Positions 39,139-50,869 are shown, counted from the first letter of the whole stretch. The stretch is 62,510 bases of DNA, filler included, from Chiloscyllium plagiosum (GCF_004010195.1; 4 parts of 2 records of this genome joined end to end with filler, not necessarily neighbours in it), one strand, 5' to 3'. Notes: generated by a model not told the origin, from the sequence alone. Numbers and translations: made by a program.

Positions 39139-39901
39139 TTCTATAATCACACATCTCACTAATCTCTTCCAAACAAAAACTGAAAGAACTACAGATGTTG
39201 TAAATCAGAAGCAACAACAGAAATTGCTGGAAAAGCTCATCAGGTCTGGTAGCATCTATGGAGAGTTAATGTTTCAGGTCAAGTGACTATTCCTCAGAAC
39301 AGTTCTGGGAAGTGTCACTCGATCTGAAATGTTAACTCTGATTTCTGTCCAGTACTCTCTTCTATTAGCCTCATATAAGCTTGAACAATTTTACCCATAT
39401 CTTTTTGAAGGATTTTTAACATTTGGTAAGAAGATCAATGAATTGTAGCTTTCAGACAACATTTTCCCCTTTTGGATTCTTAACATCTGACGCCATTATC
39501 ACTTGGCTAACAGTCTGTTAAGAAGCTCAGTTCTTGTTAAGGGGGTACAATAAAGTCCTGACTGAGTTGCAAACATATTTGCCTCATCACATACCACGTT
39601 AATTTTCATTTGTGTCTTTTTCAAGGGAGAGTAATTCAGAAATATTGAGCTCTCACCAAACTTACAAAATGGCTTACTCTGAGTATTTTGTGCTCTCTTT
39701 AATAACTTCAATGCATGAATAACATCCTAAAGCAAGTGGTAGTTTTATGTTCCTTAAACGTGTACTGATTGACTCTACAAAGTGAATCAAGATAACAGTG
39801 TAACTATTTATTTCACATATTGCTGAATTACAAACAGTAGTGATTGTAATGAGGTCAGCCCAAATGGACCTCATTGAATATGAGTAGTCTGATTGGGGCT
39901 G

Positions 39902-40967
39902 GATTAGTGGTGCTGGAAGAGCACAGCAATTCAGGCAGCATCCGAGGACAGGCAAAATCGACGTTTCAGGCAAAAGCCCTTCATCAGGAATAAAGGCAGA
40001 GAGCCTGAAGCATGGAGAGATAAGCTAGAGGAGGGTGGGGGTGGGGAGAGAGTAGCATAGAGTACAATAGGTCAGTGGGGAAGGAGATGAAGGTGATAGG
40101 TCAGGGAGGAGAGGGGGGNNNNNNNNNNNNNNNNNNNNNNNNNNNNNNNNNNNNNNNNNNNNNNNNNNNNNNNNNNNNNNNNNNNNNNNNNNNNNNNNNN
40201 NNNNNNNNNNNNNNNNNNNNNNNNNNNNNNNNNNNNNNNNNNNNNNNNNNNNNNNNNNNNNNNNNNNNNNNNNNNNNNNNNNNNNNNNNNNNNNNNNNNN
40301 NNNNNNNNNNNNNNNNNNNNNNNNNNNNNNNNNNNNNNNNNNNNNNNNNNNNNNNNNNNNNNNNNNNNNNNNNNNNNNNNNNNNNNNNNNNNNNNNNNNN
40401 NNNNNNNNNNNNNNNNNNNNNNNNNNNNNNNNNNNNNNNNNNNNNNNNNNNNNNNNNNNNNNNNNNNNNNNNNNNNNNNNNNNNNNNNNNNNNNNNNNNN
40501 NNNNNNNNNNNNNNNNNNNNNNNNNNNNNNNNNNNNNNNNNNNNNNNNNNNNNNNNNNNNNNNNNNNNNNNNNNNNNNNNNNNNNNNNNNNNNNNNNNNN
40601 NNNNNNNNNNNNNNNNNNNNNNNNNNNNNNNNNNNNNNNNNNNNNNNNNNNNNNNNNNNNNNNNNNNNNNNNNNNNNNNNNNNNNNNNNNNNNNNNNNNN
40701 NNNAACCACTTGGGAAGGGAAATTGCGGTCTCTAAAGTAGGAGGCCATCTGGTGTGTTCTATGGTGGAACCGCTCCTGGGAGCAGATACGGCGGAGGCGG
40801 GGGAATTGGGAATACGGGATGGCATTTTTGCAAGAGGTAGGGTGGGAAGAGGTGTAATCCAGGTAGCTGTGGGAGTCGGTGGGTTTGTAGAAAATGTCAG
40901 TGTCAAGTCGGTCGTCACTGATGGAGATGGAGAGGTCCAGGAAGGGGAGGGAGGTGTCAGAGATGGC
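39902..40967 (-). mobile_element. Penelope element (RT thumb region, gap, 3' terminus) with 13-bp TSD
   Basis: LPFLDLSISISDDRLDTDIFYKPTDSHSYLDYTSSHPTSCKNAIPYSQFPRLRRICS. TSD CTGATTGGGGCTG (39889-39901) / CTGATTAGGGCTG (40968-40980). Confidence 0.9.
39956..39991 (-). ncRNA. Minimal type I hammerhead ribozyme motif in the 3' terminus of the Penelope element
   Basis: auuc-CUGAUGA-a-GGGC uuuu GCCU-GAAA-c-GUC-gauu, on the same strand as the Penelope RT ORF. Confidence 0.6.
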
Positions 40968-42214
40968 CTGATTAGGGCTGTTAATCTGGTTCAATCAAGG
41001 AGCCCTGGCTGACAGATATGAACAGGAGTGTTTCACTGGCCACTCGGGTGTAAAAAAAAAGAGAAAAAAGGAAAAAAAAAAGAAGGTAACTTGGATCACA
41101 TTTTGCTTTTGAAATCAGAGGCCCCTATTCAACCCATCACAACTGTGTCGCCTTTTTGAAATAGCTATTTGGCTCGACCCCTGCTCTCACAGTAATGCAA
41201 ATAATTTCTTTTTGCAAGTATTCAAATTTATTTTGGAAAATAACAGTGAATCATCTACCACCTAAAAAAAATAAAAAAATAAACAGGAGTGACCTGCGCA
41301 CACAAACATGGGTGCAAAGAAACAAAAAACAAAATAAACAGGAGTGTCAGAGGTTGAGTTCACTCTGAGAGCTGGCTCTGAGGGAGCTGGATCTGTGTCA
41401 AGGACTCGGCATGTGTAAATGAAGGGGGACTTGGTGATGAGATACCAGCATCTGTGGAGTTATTTCACAGACATTATCTAATATTGTAGAATTAAAGGAA
41501 TATGCAACTAACACATTCACTAAAGAGCAAAAACTCTTTGTGACCAGCACCATTTGTTCAGATTCATCATTATATTCAATCTCTTCCTCAGATTTCAGAA
41601 TTGTCTTTGTCTTCTCCCATTTCAAGGTCTTCACCTCTTTGCTTTGAGCAGTTCACCACACAATGAAACTTTGAATCACACCTGGAGCATTTATTACCAT
41701 TTCCCTGGTCACTCCTTCATCTACTATTTTAGTAACAATGTTGTCTTCTGCTATAATGGTCAGAATTCCTAAAGGCACTATTCTACTCTGCCTGTTTTTA
41801 ATTCTGATGTTTTATTGATCTAGTCTGCATCCAGTATCTAGAGTATTTCAAAATCTGATAATCATTGAATTTCTATTCTCCACAGCACCTTGGAATGTCA
41901 CATTTGTTCCCAGAAGGCTAAAGGAAGTTGCTGTTTTCCTAGAAACGTTAAGGTAGTTGGTATCTGTGGACATCAGGAGACAACGATTTTCTTCATCATA
42001 TTTATTTATGGGATGTGGGCATGACTCATTATATCAGCATTTATTACCCAACCCCTGGTGAAAGAGCCTCTCAGAAATCTGTCAATTAGAAGAGTACTTG
42101 TCCGTACTAAACACTTTAAAACAAACTGGTAATTTAAAAACTAGCACTAATTCAGAAATGCCCAAGTGAAAAATTTCATCAAAATGTTACACAATCTGTG
42201 ACATCCATGATATA

Positions 42215-43384
42215 GGGTCATATAGAGTCATGGAGATGTACAGCATGGAAACAGACTCTTCAGTCCAGCCCCTCCATGCCGACCAGATATCCCAACCCAA
42301 TCTAGTCCCACCTGCCAGCACCCAGCCCATATCCCTCCAAACACTTCCTATTCATATACCCATTCAAATGCCTCTTAAATGTTGCAATTGTACCAGCCTC
42401 CACCCCTTCCTCTGGCAGCTCATTCCATACACATACCACCCTCTGTGTGAAAACATTGCCACTTAGGTCTCTTTTATATCTTTCCACTCAGGCCCTAAAC
42501 CTATGCCCTCTAGTTCTGGACTCCACCACCCCAGGGAAAAGACTTTGCATATTTACCCTATCCATGTCCCTCATAATTTTGTAAACTTCTATATGGTCAC
42601 CCCTCATCCTTTGACACTCCAGGGAAAACAGCCCCAGCTTGTTCAGCCTCTTCCTGTAGCTCAAATCCTCCAATCCTTGCAACATCTTTGTAAATCTTTT
42701 CTGAACCCTTTCAAGTTTCACAACATCTTTCCGATAGGAAGGAGACCAGAATTGTACACAATATTCCAACAGTGGCCTAACCAATGTCCTGTACATCCGC
42801 AACATGACCTCCCAACTCCTGTACTCAATGCTCTGACCAATAAAGGAAAGCATACCATACGCCTTCTTCACTATCCTATCTACCTGCGACTCCACTTTCA
42901 AGGAGCTATGAACCTGCACTCCAAGGTCTTTTTGTGTAGCAGCACCCCCTAGGACCTTACCATTAAGTGTATAAGTCCTGCTAAGATTTGCTTTCCCAAA
43001 ATGCAGCAACTCCCATCTATTTGAATTAAACTCCATCTGCCACTTCTCAGCCCATTGGCCCATCTGGTCCAGATCCTGTTGTAATCTGAGGTAACCCTCT
43101 TCGCTGTCCACTACACCTCCAATTTTGGTGTCATCTGCAAACTTACTAACTATACCTCTTATGTTCGTATCTAAATCATTTATGTAAATGACAAAAAGTA
43201 GAGGACCCAGCACTGATCCTTGTGGCACTCCACTGGTCACAGGTCTCCAGTCTGAAAAACAACCCTCCACCACCACCCTCTGTCTTCTACCTTTGAGCCA
43301 GTTCTGTATCCAAATGGCTAGTTCTCCCTGTATTCCATGAGATCTAACCTTGCTAACCAGTCTCCCATGGGGAACCTTGTTGAA
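42215..43384 (-). mobile_element. CR1 LINE 3' fragment (young subfamily)
   Basis: ORF 42488-43276, 262 aa of RT ([29 protein letters not shown]); near-identical to 38130-39138 in opposite orientation. Confidence 0.93.
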
Positions 43385-43484
43385 NNNNNNNNNNNNNNNN
43401 NNNNNNNNNNNNNNNNNNNNNNNNNNNNTTAATTAATTAANNNNNNNNNNNNNNNNNNNNNNNNNNNNNNNNNNNNNNNNNNNN

Positions 43485-43840
43485 AGGGGCATGGATAGGG
43501 TAAACAGACAAAGTCTTTTCCCTGGGGTCGGGGAGTCCAGAACTAGAGGGCATAGGTTTAGGGTGAGAGGGGAAAGATATAAAAGGGACCTATGGGGCAA
43601 CTTTTTCACGCAGAGGGTGGCATTGTATGGAATGAGCTGCCAGAGGATATGGTGGAGGCTGGTACAATTGCAACATTTAAGAGGCACTTGGATGGATTTA
43701 TGAATAGGAAGGGTTTGGAGGGATATGGGCCAGATGCTGGCAGGTGGGAATAGATTGAATTGGGATAGCTGGTCGGCATGGACGGGTTGGACTGAAGGGT
43801 CTGTTTCTGTGCTGTACATCTCTATGACTCTATGACTATG
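43485..43840 (+). mobile_element. CR1 LINE 3' end
   Basis: MDRVNRQSLFPGVGESRTRGHRFRVRG; (CTATGACT)n tail. Confidence 0.9.
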
Positions 43841-45404
43841 AGATGCTATTCGTCACTTTCCTGATGCAGTTGTAGGTGCATGACTGAGAGATCCCACGCA
43901 GGTCACCCATCACTGCCTGGAAGAAGACAGAGGTTCAGCATGGTAATGACCCTCACAGTCTCCGACAGAGGAGAGTTAGCCACTCCTGCTGGGTTTTTGG
44001 ACAGGTTGTTATTCAGTATTCTGTTGTCTTTTGTATGTGTTACATTCGGTAATCTTGTGAATACATTCTGTTATGTTTAAAATGAAGTGGTTTGACCAGC
44101 TACATCCCTCCTGGAATAGCCACCCTACACCTGCTTAAAACAACTAGCAAAGTTATGGTGTGGGCTACTTTCTTGAAGTGTTTTGAGGGCGTCTGGTCCA
44201 TAACAAGACAGTGCTTCCCCACCATCTCCAGTGGTCTTGTGTACCATCGATGCTGTTAGATTCAGCGTCAATAAGATATCCAAAACCAATTTGCAAGCAC
44301 AAGTGGCATGTTGCAAATTGGCTTTGACTTGCATCTGATCTTAAACACCCTCATTTTGTGTACAGAGCAAATAGTTGGTAAAGTAAAAACAGAGGTTGCT
44401 GGAAAAGCTCAGCAGGTCTGGTAGCATCTGTGGAGAGAAATCAGAGTTAACATTTCAGTACCAGTGACCCTTCCTCAGAACGTTCTGAGCTTTTCCAACA
44501 ATTTCTATTTTTATTTCTGATTTGCAACATTCGCAGTTCTTTTAGTTTTTAGTTGATGAAATAATTGCAAATTACATGTGGCTGCACTTTGCAAACACCT
44601 GGTCTGTGTGTTTGTTGCTACAATGCAATGGAGACCAACAAATGTGGACCCCATGCTTTTGCAATAAAATGACACTGACTCCAGCCAGCCTGCCATTTCC
44701 CTCTGGCATTTCATAGCCAGAGAATGGAGAGTGATGATCAGGAATGTAGCTTATGGTGGACACAGTCAGCACTGAGCCCTATCCAGTTGCCAATTACCTC
44801 TCCAGTACCTCCTTATCCCCTTTTACCTCGCACAATCCCAACTGCCCATTCCCATCCAACATCCGGATGTGGAGATGCACCAGATTGAACTTAATCTATA
44901 TCTGTTCTCCTTGCCCCCTGAACCCTGGTATTACACCTTGTCGAATGCATGGAAGATGGAGAGAGATGCTCACAGTGTAAAGACAGGCTTCGGCAGAATC
45001 GGTCACAAATCTCCCCATTGCCCACACCACCCATACCCCTATGACATTCCACACAAAGTTGAGAATTTTCACATTGAGACACTGTTTAAACCAGGAGACA
45101 GAGTAGGCCATTGCAGACAGGAAAAATGGCCAAATACATCTTGGTGCAGATAATGTAGTTTATATGAATTTCAGCAAAGCCTTTGACAATGGGGATGGAT
45201 AAAGCAGGTAAAAGCACAAGGGACCCAAGGTAAGTTTGGTTTGACCAAACTGGAGTACTGTGTGCAGTTCTGGTCAGGATGTGATTGCACTGGAGGGGGT
45301 GCAAAAGAGATTCACCAGGATGTTTCTTCTTGGCTCTATGGTTCTATGATTTGAAGTGTAATTCAGTTCTAATCCCATTGCCTCTTTCACTCTCCCTTCA
45401 GCCT

Positions 45405-46380
45405 CAAACTTAATTGAGATTTTTGAAGAAGTAACAAAGAGGATTGATGAGGGCAGAGCGGTAGATGTGATCTACATGGACTTCAGTAAGGCATTCAACA
45501 AGGTTCCCCATGAGAGACTGGTTAGCAAAGTTAGATCTCACGGAATACAGGGAGAACTAGCCATTTGGATACAGAACTGGCTCAAAGGTAGAAGACAGAG
45601 GGTGGTGAATCTTAGCAGGACTTACACACTTAATGGTAAGGTCCTAGGGAGTGTTGCTGAACAAAGCGACCTTGGAGTGTAGGTTCATAGCTCCTTGAAA
45701 GTAGAGTTGCAGGCATATAGGATAGTGAAGAAGGTGTTTGATATGTTTTCCTTTATTGGTCAGAGCATTGAGTACAGGAGTTGGGAGATTGTGTTGCAGC
45801 TGTATAGGACATTGGTTCGGCCACTGTTGGAATATTGCGTGCATTTCTGATCTCCTTGCTATTGGAAGGAGGTTGTGAAACTTGAAAGGGTTCAGAAAAG
45901 ATTTACAAGGATGTTGCCAGGGTTGGAGGATCTGAGCTACAGGGAGAGGCTAAATAGGCTGGGGCTGTTTGCACTGGAGCATCAGAGGCTGAGGGGTGAC
46001 CTTATAGAGGTTTACAAAATCATGAGGGGCATGGATAGGGTAAATAGACAATGTCTTTTCCCTGGGTGAGGGAGTCCAGAACTAGAGGGCATAGGTTTAG
46101 GGTGAGAGGGGAAAGATATAAAAAGGACCAAAGGGGCAACATTTTCACCCAGCTGGTGGAACATGTTTGGAATGAGCTGCCAGAGGAAGGGGTGCAGGCT
46201 AGTACAATTGAAACATTTAAGAGGCATTTGGATGGGTATATGAATAGGAAGGATTTGGTGGGACATGGGCTGGGTGCTGGCAGGTGGGACTAGAATGAGT
46301 TGGGATATCTGGTTGGCATGGATAAGTTGGACTGAAGGGTTTGTTTCCATGCTGTACATCTCTATGATTCTATGACTCTT
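45405..46380 (+). mobile_element. CR1 LINE RT fragment with an internal deletion
   Basis: YMDFSKAFNKVPH..RRQRVV joined directly to NLSRTYTLNG (deletion at about 45607); ends in a CR1 tail. Confidence 0.88.
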
Positions 46381-46395
46381 CTTTGATATTATGAA

Positions 46396-46695
46396 TGGCA
46401 CAGTGGCTCAGCGATTAGCATGGCTGCCTCACAGCGCCAGTGACTGGGGTTCAAGTCCCACCTCAGGCGACTGTTTGTATGGAGTTTGCACATTTTCCCC
46501 AATCTGTGGATTTCCTTTGGGTGCTCTGGTTTCCTCCCATAATCCAAAGCTGCACATGTCAGGTGAATTGGTCATGCTAAATTGCCCATAGTGTTAGGTA
46601 CATTGGTCAGGGGTAAATATAGGGTCTCGATGGGTTACTTTTAAGAGGGTTGGTGTGGGCCTGTTGGGCCAAATGGCCTGTTTCCATACTGTAGG
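46396..46695 (+). mobile_element. HE1/V-SINE, full length
   Basis: tRNA-like head with A box tggctcagcgatt and B box ggttcaagtcc, then V-domain and CR1-like tail. Confidence 0.85.
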
Positions 46696-46974
46696 AAATA
46701 AGCTGCCAGAGGAGGTGGTGGAGGCTAATATGATTGCAAAATTTAAAAGGCATCTGGATGGGTATGGGAATAGGAAGGGTTTAGAGGGATATGGGCCAAG
46801 TGCTGACAAATGGGATAAGATCTATTTGGGATATCAGATTGGCATCCAATCCAAGTTGGACTGAAGGGTCTATTTCTGTGTTATATATCTCTATGACTCT
46901 ATCTACAGGAATGAGATCTGTGCATAGTTGAGACTTTGGTGTACTAGAAGACATTGGTTGATTTGAACAGAACT

Positions 46975-47065
46975 GGTGTCTGTGCATGTGTGTGTCTGTG
47001 TCTGTGTGTATGTGCCTGCGTGTGCGTGTGTATCAGAGAGAGAGTGTAGGTGTTTGTGTAGGAGA
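46975..47065. repeat. (TG)n/(AG)n compound microsatellite
   Basis: Read directly. Confidence 0.85.
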
Positions 47066-47695
47066 GAATTTGTGATAAAGGTTTTGGATAAATTGTATTT
47101 TCAATGATTGTACAATGGGACAAAGCTGAGAAAGCATTGGAATTGTCGTGTGTGATGGTGACACATGAGGTGATGAGTGATCACTTTGGCAAAAGGATAT
47201 TGTTTTGAGCTTTTCCTATGACACAGTTGCACGATGATTAAATAGCAGGTGTTGGATGTAATTAACCAATACTAATTATATTGCATTGCATAGAATATTC
47301 AGTACAGAAACATTTCACATGCCTACACTCCAATCAAAATTTCTTCCCCCAAAATCAGCATTAGCCTCAATTCTCTTCTCCCTTATCAGCTTATCGAGAG
47401 CTTCCTTCAAGGCATCTATACTGCTCCTCTTCACCACTCCCCGTGGTGGTGGGTTGCACATTCTCACCACCACCTGGCAAAAGGCGTTTCCCCTGAGTGC
47501 CCTGTGATCCCTTGGTAGTTGCTGGGTCAAACTCCTGGATCTCCCTCCTTAAATGCATTGTGGGTCTATCTACAGCATATGGACTGCAGCTCACCCCCAC
47601 CTTCTCAAGGGGCAACTGGGGATGGGCAGTAATGCTCGGCCCAGCCAGTGGCACCCACATCCCAGAAGTAAATTTAACAGGTCTTATTTACACAG

Positions 47696-47915
47696 CGAAA
47701 TAACTCCCGTCACCAAGGCCCCCTGTATTTACGTGAGGAGAGTCCTTAACACTGACCCAGCTCCCTCAGAGCCAGCTCTCAGAGTGAACAGAACCTCTGA
47801 CAATCCTGTTTATATCTGACAACCAGGGCTCCCTGATTGGACCAGATTAACAACCCCAGTCAGGGATCTCATATTCTATGAGGTTGACCTGGCTGACCTC
47901 ATAACCATCACTACA
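47696..47915 (-). mobile_element. Short solo LTR, uninterrupted (empty Tx1 target site)
   Basis: Minus strand TGTAGTGATGG..CCAATCAGGGAGCCCTGG..GATATAAACAGGATTGTCAGAGG..GAGTTATTTCG. Confidence 0.75.
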
Positions 47916-49949
47916 GATGGGGCTTTCGGTTTTGCCTTTTTCTATAACTGGAAACACTTTCTGTGTTAAAAGCACTTGACGATTTTGAACACTTTATTAG
48001 TTTACCTCAGAGCCTCCTCTCCGTTGGAGAACACAGAGCCAGCGTATTCACCTTTTTTGATGAGTATCATCTTATTATCTTTGGCAATCTGTTTTTCCCA
48101 CTCTTCAGTACCTATTCTGATTATAGATCAGAAGCCCAAAGTAACATTTTAAATTTAATTTCAAACTGTGATTTCTAAAAAGAGGCTGCAACAAAAACAA
48201 GATAACTGCAAGGTCGAAATCTTCTATGAGACGATGAAATGCAACACTTAAAGTGTCAGAGACATTTCAAACAGGTTCGACTGTGTTTGCTTGTGCTTAG
48301 AAAGATAAGAGATGGCTGGCAAGTGTCTGCTCAGCAGTAGAAAACCCCTGTGGATTATGTCTCATTCTGCAGACACATTTTGTGTTTTTCTTTTTGAAGA
48401 GCACGCAAGGACAGGGGTTGAAAAGCCAGTTAAAATTCTACGAGAGTAGGTTTAGGGAGGCAGAACAGGTTTGTGAGTGTAGCACCCTATGTATAAGTGT
48501 TAGTGTGGCATGAAAGTGGCTGTGGAGAAATTACCCCCTTAGTCACCATGTTGTGGGCAAAGTCTCTCTCTCACTCTGATTGGCATAAGTCAGCTAGCCA
48601 GCAGGACAACATAACGGAGACCCTCTCTCACTCAGACTGGGAATCAGGACAAAGGAATTTTAATCGGTCTACAAAAACAAGAATCTCAACAATCAACTGC
48701 AACTAGCAACATCAACATTGTTGGTAATCTCCACCGTTACAGCATGAACATTCACCTATCAACTACAGAATAAGCTGCCAGAGGCTAGCACAATTACAAC
48801 GTTTAAAAGCTATCTGGATGGGGACATGAACAGGAAGGGTTTAGAGAGATATGGGTCAACTGCTGGCAAGTAGGACCAGATTACTTTTGGATATCTGGTT
48901 GGTATGGACAAGTTGGACCAAAGAGGCTGCTTCCATGCTGTACATCTCTCTGGCTGTATCTACACCTCAGACAGCGATCCATGTATCTGCTTTTTCAAAA
49001 AAAATATCCTTTTGGATTCCCTTCATTTCTAATTCCTGTCTGCAAGTTGCATCATTAATTCTTCTTGGGTTTTGCAATTAGTAAACTTACCCTTTCCGTT
49101 AATTCAAGAAACTCAGGTTAAATTGGCACTTTTTAAAATGTAAGTTCATTTGGGTCTGAGAAGCATGTCTCCAGAAAGGGAGGGATGCTGTCTAAATTAT
49201 CCTTATTGCAACCAACTGAGGGGTCTCCCAGCAGATTAATAGTTACGGGTACCCTGTGTGGAACTGTAACAGATTGGGAACTTCACCCTGGGTCTATCAT
49301 AACTCTGCATGATGTTTATAAGACAGCTACAAACTCAGGGTTCAATACAAATTTACCACCAATTCCCTACTCTTCAATAAACACCAGAAGAACTGCAGAT
49401 GCTGTAAACCAGAAACAAATTCAGCAATTCCTGGAAAACCTCAGCAGGTCTGGCAGCCTCTGTGCAGAGAAATCAGAACTAACCTGATGAAGCAGCAGTG
49501 CTCCAAAAGCTTGTAATTTCCAATAACTTGTACATCTACGACAGCCGTTGTAGAAAGTCGAACAAAAAGCATGACTCATTCAAATTTCACTCATGATTCA
49601 TTTTGAAGTGTTTGCAATTGCATGTACATGAGAAAAAGGATTGTGACTATAGAGTGACACGAGGAAACAAGGTGTTATCACCATACATAGATCAACATCA
49701 CGAACCCCAGTTACCAAATGTATCTGTTTGTGTGTCAAACCTTTGAGACCAATTTGTTTTGGCATGAAATTAGGGGCTGGTTTGTAAAAGTGTAATATTT
49801 TCGAGGGTGTAGGCTTGACTTTGATCCACATCATTCTGTTTAGACGATGGTCAGCTGCCCCTGGCTATTGTAGTGACATTGACGATGTAAGATTAGGGAT
49901 ATGGAGCTCACAGTTACATAAAGGTGGTAAGCCATTTCAAGGTAGTTTA

Positions 49950-50051
49950 TGTAGTGATTGGAACCAGGTGGATCTCATTGACTATGAGATCCCTGTTTGG
50001 GGCTGTTAATCTGGGCCAATCAGGAAGCCCTGGCTGACTGATATAAACAGG
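49950..50051 (+). mobile_element. 5' half of the same short LTR family, ending at the Tx1 insertion site
   Basis: TGTAGTGATTG..GGGGCTGTTAATCTGGGCCAATCAGGAAGCCCTGGCTGACTGATATAAACAGG. Confidence 0.75.
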
Positions 50052-50448
50052 GAATACGTTAGAGCCTGAGTCTCTGGTGAAGGAGCATGCGGTGCCCACC
50101 AACACCCTGGAGTTGTTCAGGGAGAGGTGGGCGCTGCAGGGTGTGGAGTGCATTATTTCCCACTCCAATTCTATTTTGATTTAATCCCTGCCCTCCCCTT
50201 CACTGTTTTGATCACACAGCATTGCCCTTTGATGTGAAGGGCAGTGTTTGTCACTGGCCACCCGGGTGTTTTCCTATCTTCCTGGTGGTGGAAATTGAAT
50301 AAAAAATTTGTGCACTTTGGAAACTGAATAAAGATTTGTACACCTTGTGTCTCTCACTGTGTGTCACACCTGCACACACACAACATGGGTGCTGGGGAAA
50401 AAATAAGCACTACCGCAGTTAGGCATAGTGTGGGGGTTTAAAAAAAAA
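50052..50448 (+). mobile_element. Tx1/L1-clade LINE 3' fragment, copy 1
   Basis: YVRA..SLVKEHAVPTNTLELFRERWALQGVECIISHSNSILI*, then a 3' UTR with AATAAA and a poly(A) tail. Confidence 0.7.
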
Positions 50449-50496
50449 CAGGAGCCTCAGAGGTTCTGAAAAAAAAGAAAAAAAAATATAAACAGG

Positions 50497-50869
50497 GGAT
50501 ACGTTAGAGCCCGGGTGTCTCTGGAGGAGGAGCATGCGGTGTCCACCAACACCCTGGAGTTGTTCTGGGAGAGGTGGGCGCTACAAGGAGTGGAATGTAT
50601 TATTTCCCCCTCCAACTCTATTTTGATTTAGTCCCTACCCTCCCCTTCACTGTTTGATCACACAACATTGCCCTTTGATGTGAAGGGCACTGCTTATCAC
50701 TAGCGACTTGGGTGTTTCCTTTCTTCCTGGTGGTGGAAATTTGAATAAAGATTTGTACACTTGTTATCCTTCACTGTGTCTCACACCTGCACACACATAC
50801 CATGGGTGCTGGGGGGGAAATATCAGCACTACTGCAGTTAGGCGGTAGTGTGGGGAAAAAAGAAAAAAA
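50497..50869 (+). mobile_element. Tx1/L1-clade LINE 3' fragment, copy 2
   Basis: YVRARVSLEEEHAVSTNTLELFWERWALQGVECIISPSNSILI*, 3' UTR and poly(A); preceded by TATAAACAGG. Confidence 0.7.

Larger units (their letters stand above)
39836..41467 (+). mobile_element. Short solo LTR (about 230 bp native) interrupted by a Penelope element and by Tx1-derived insertions
   Basis: (t)gtagtgattgtaatgaggtcagcc...ggagttatttCA. Colinear with the uninterrupted copy at 47696-47915 (-). Flanks CAAAC/CAGAC. Confidence 0.75.

Noticed and set aside
33212..40994. Long ORFs at 33212-33853, 33293-33817, 40025-40918 and 40075-40740
   Set aside because: Their length comes from translated N gaps.
46396..46470. tRNA genes at the SINE heads (also 52170, 58584)
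   Set aside because: A/B boxes continue into a V-domain and LINE-like tail; these are SINE heads, not cloverleaf tRNA genes.
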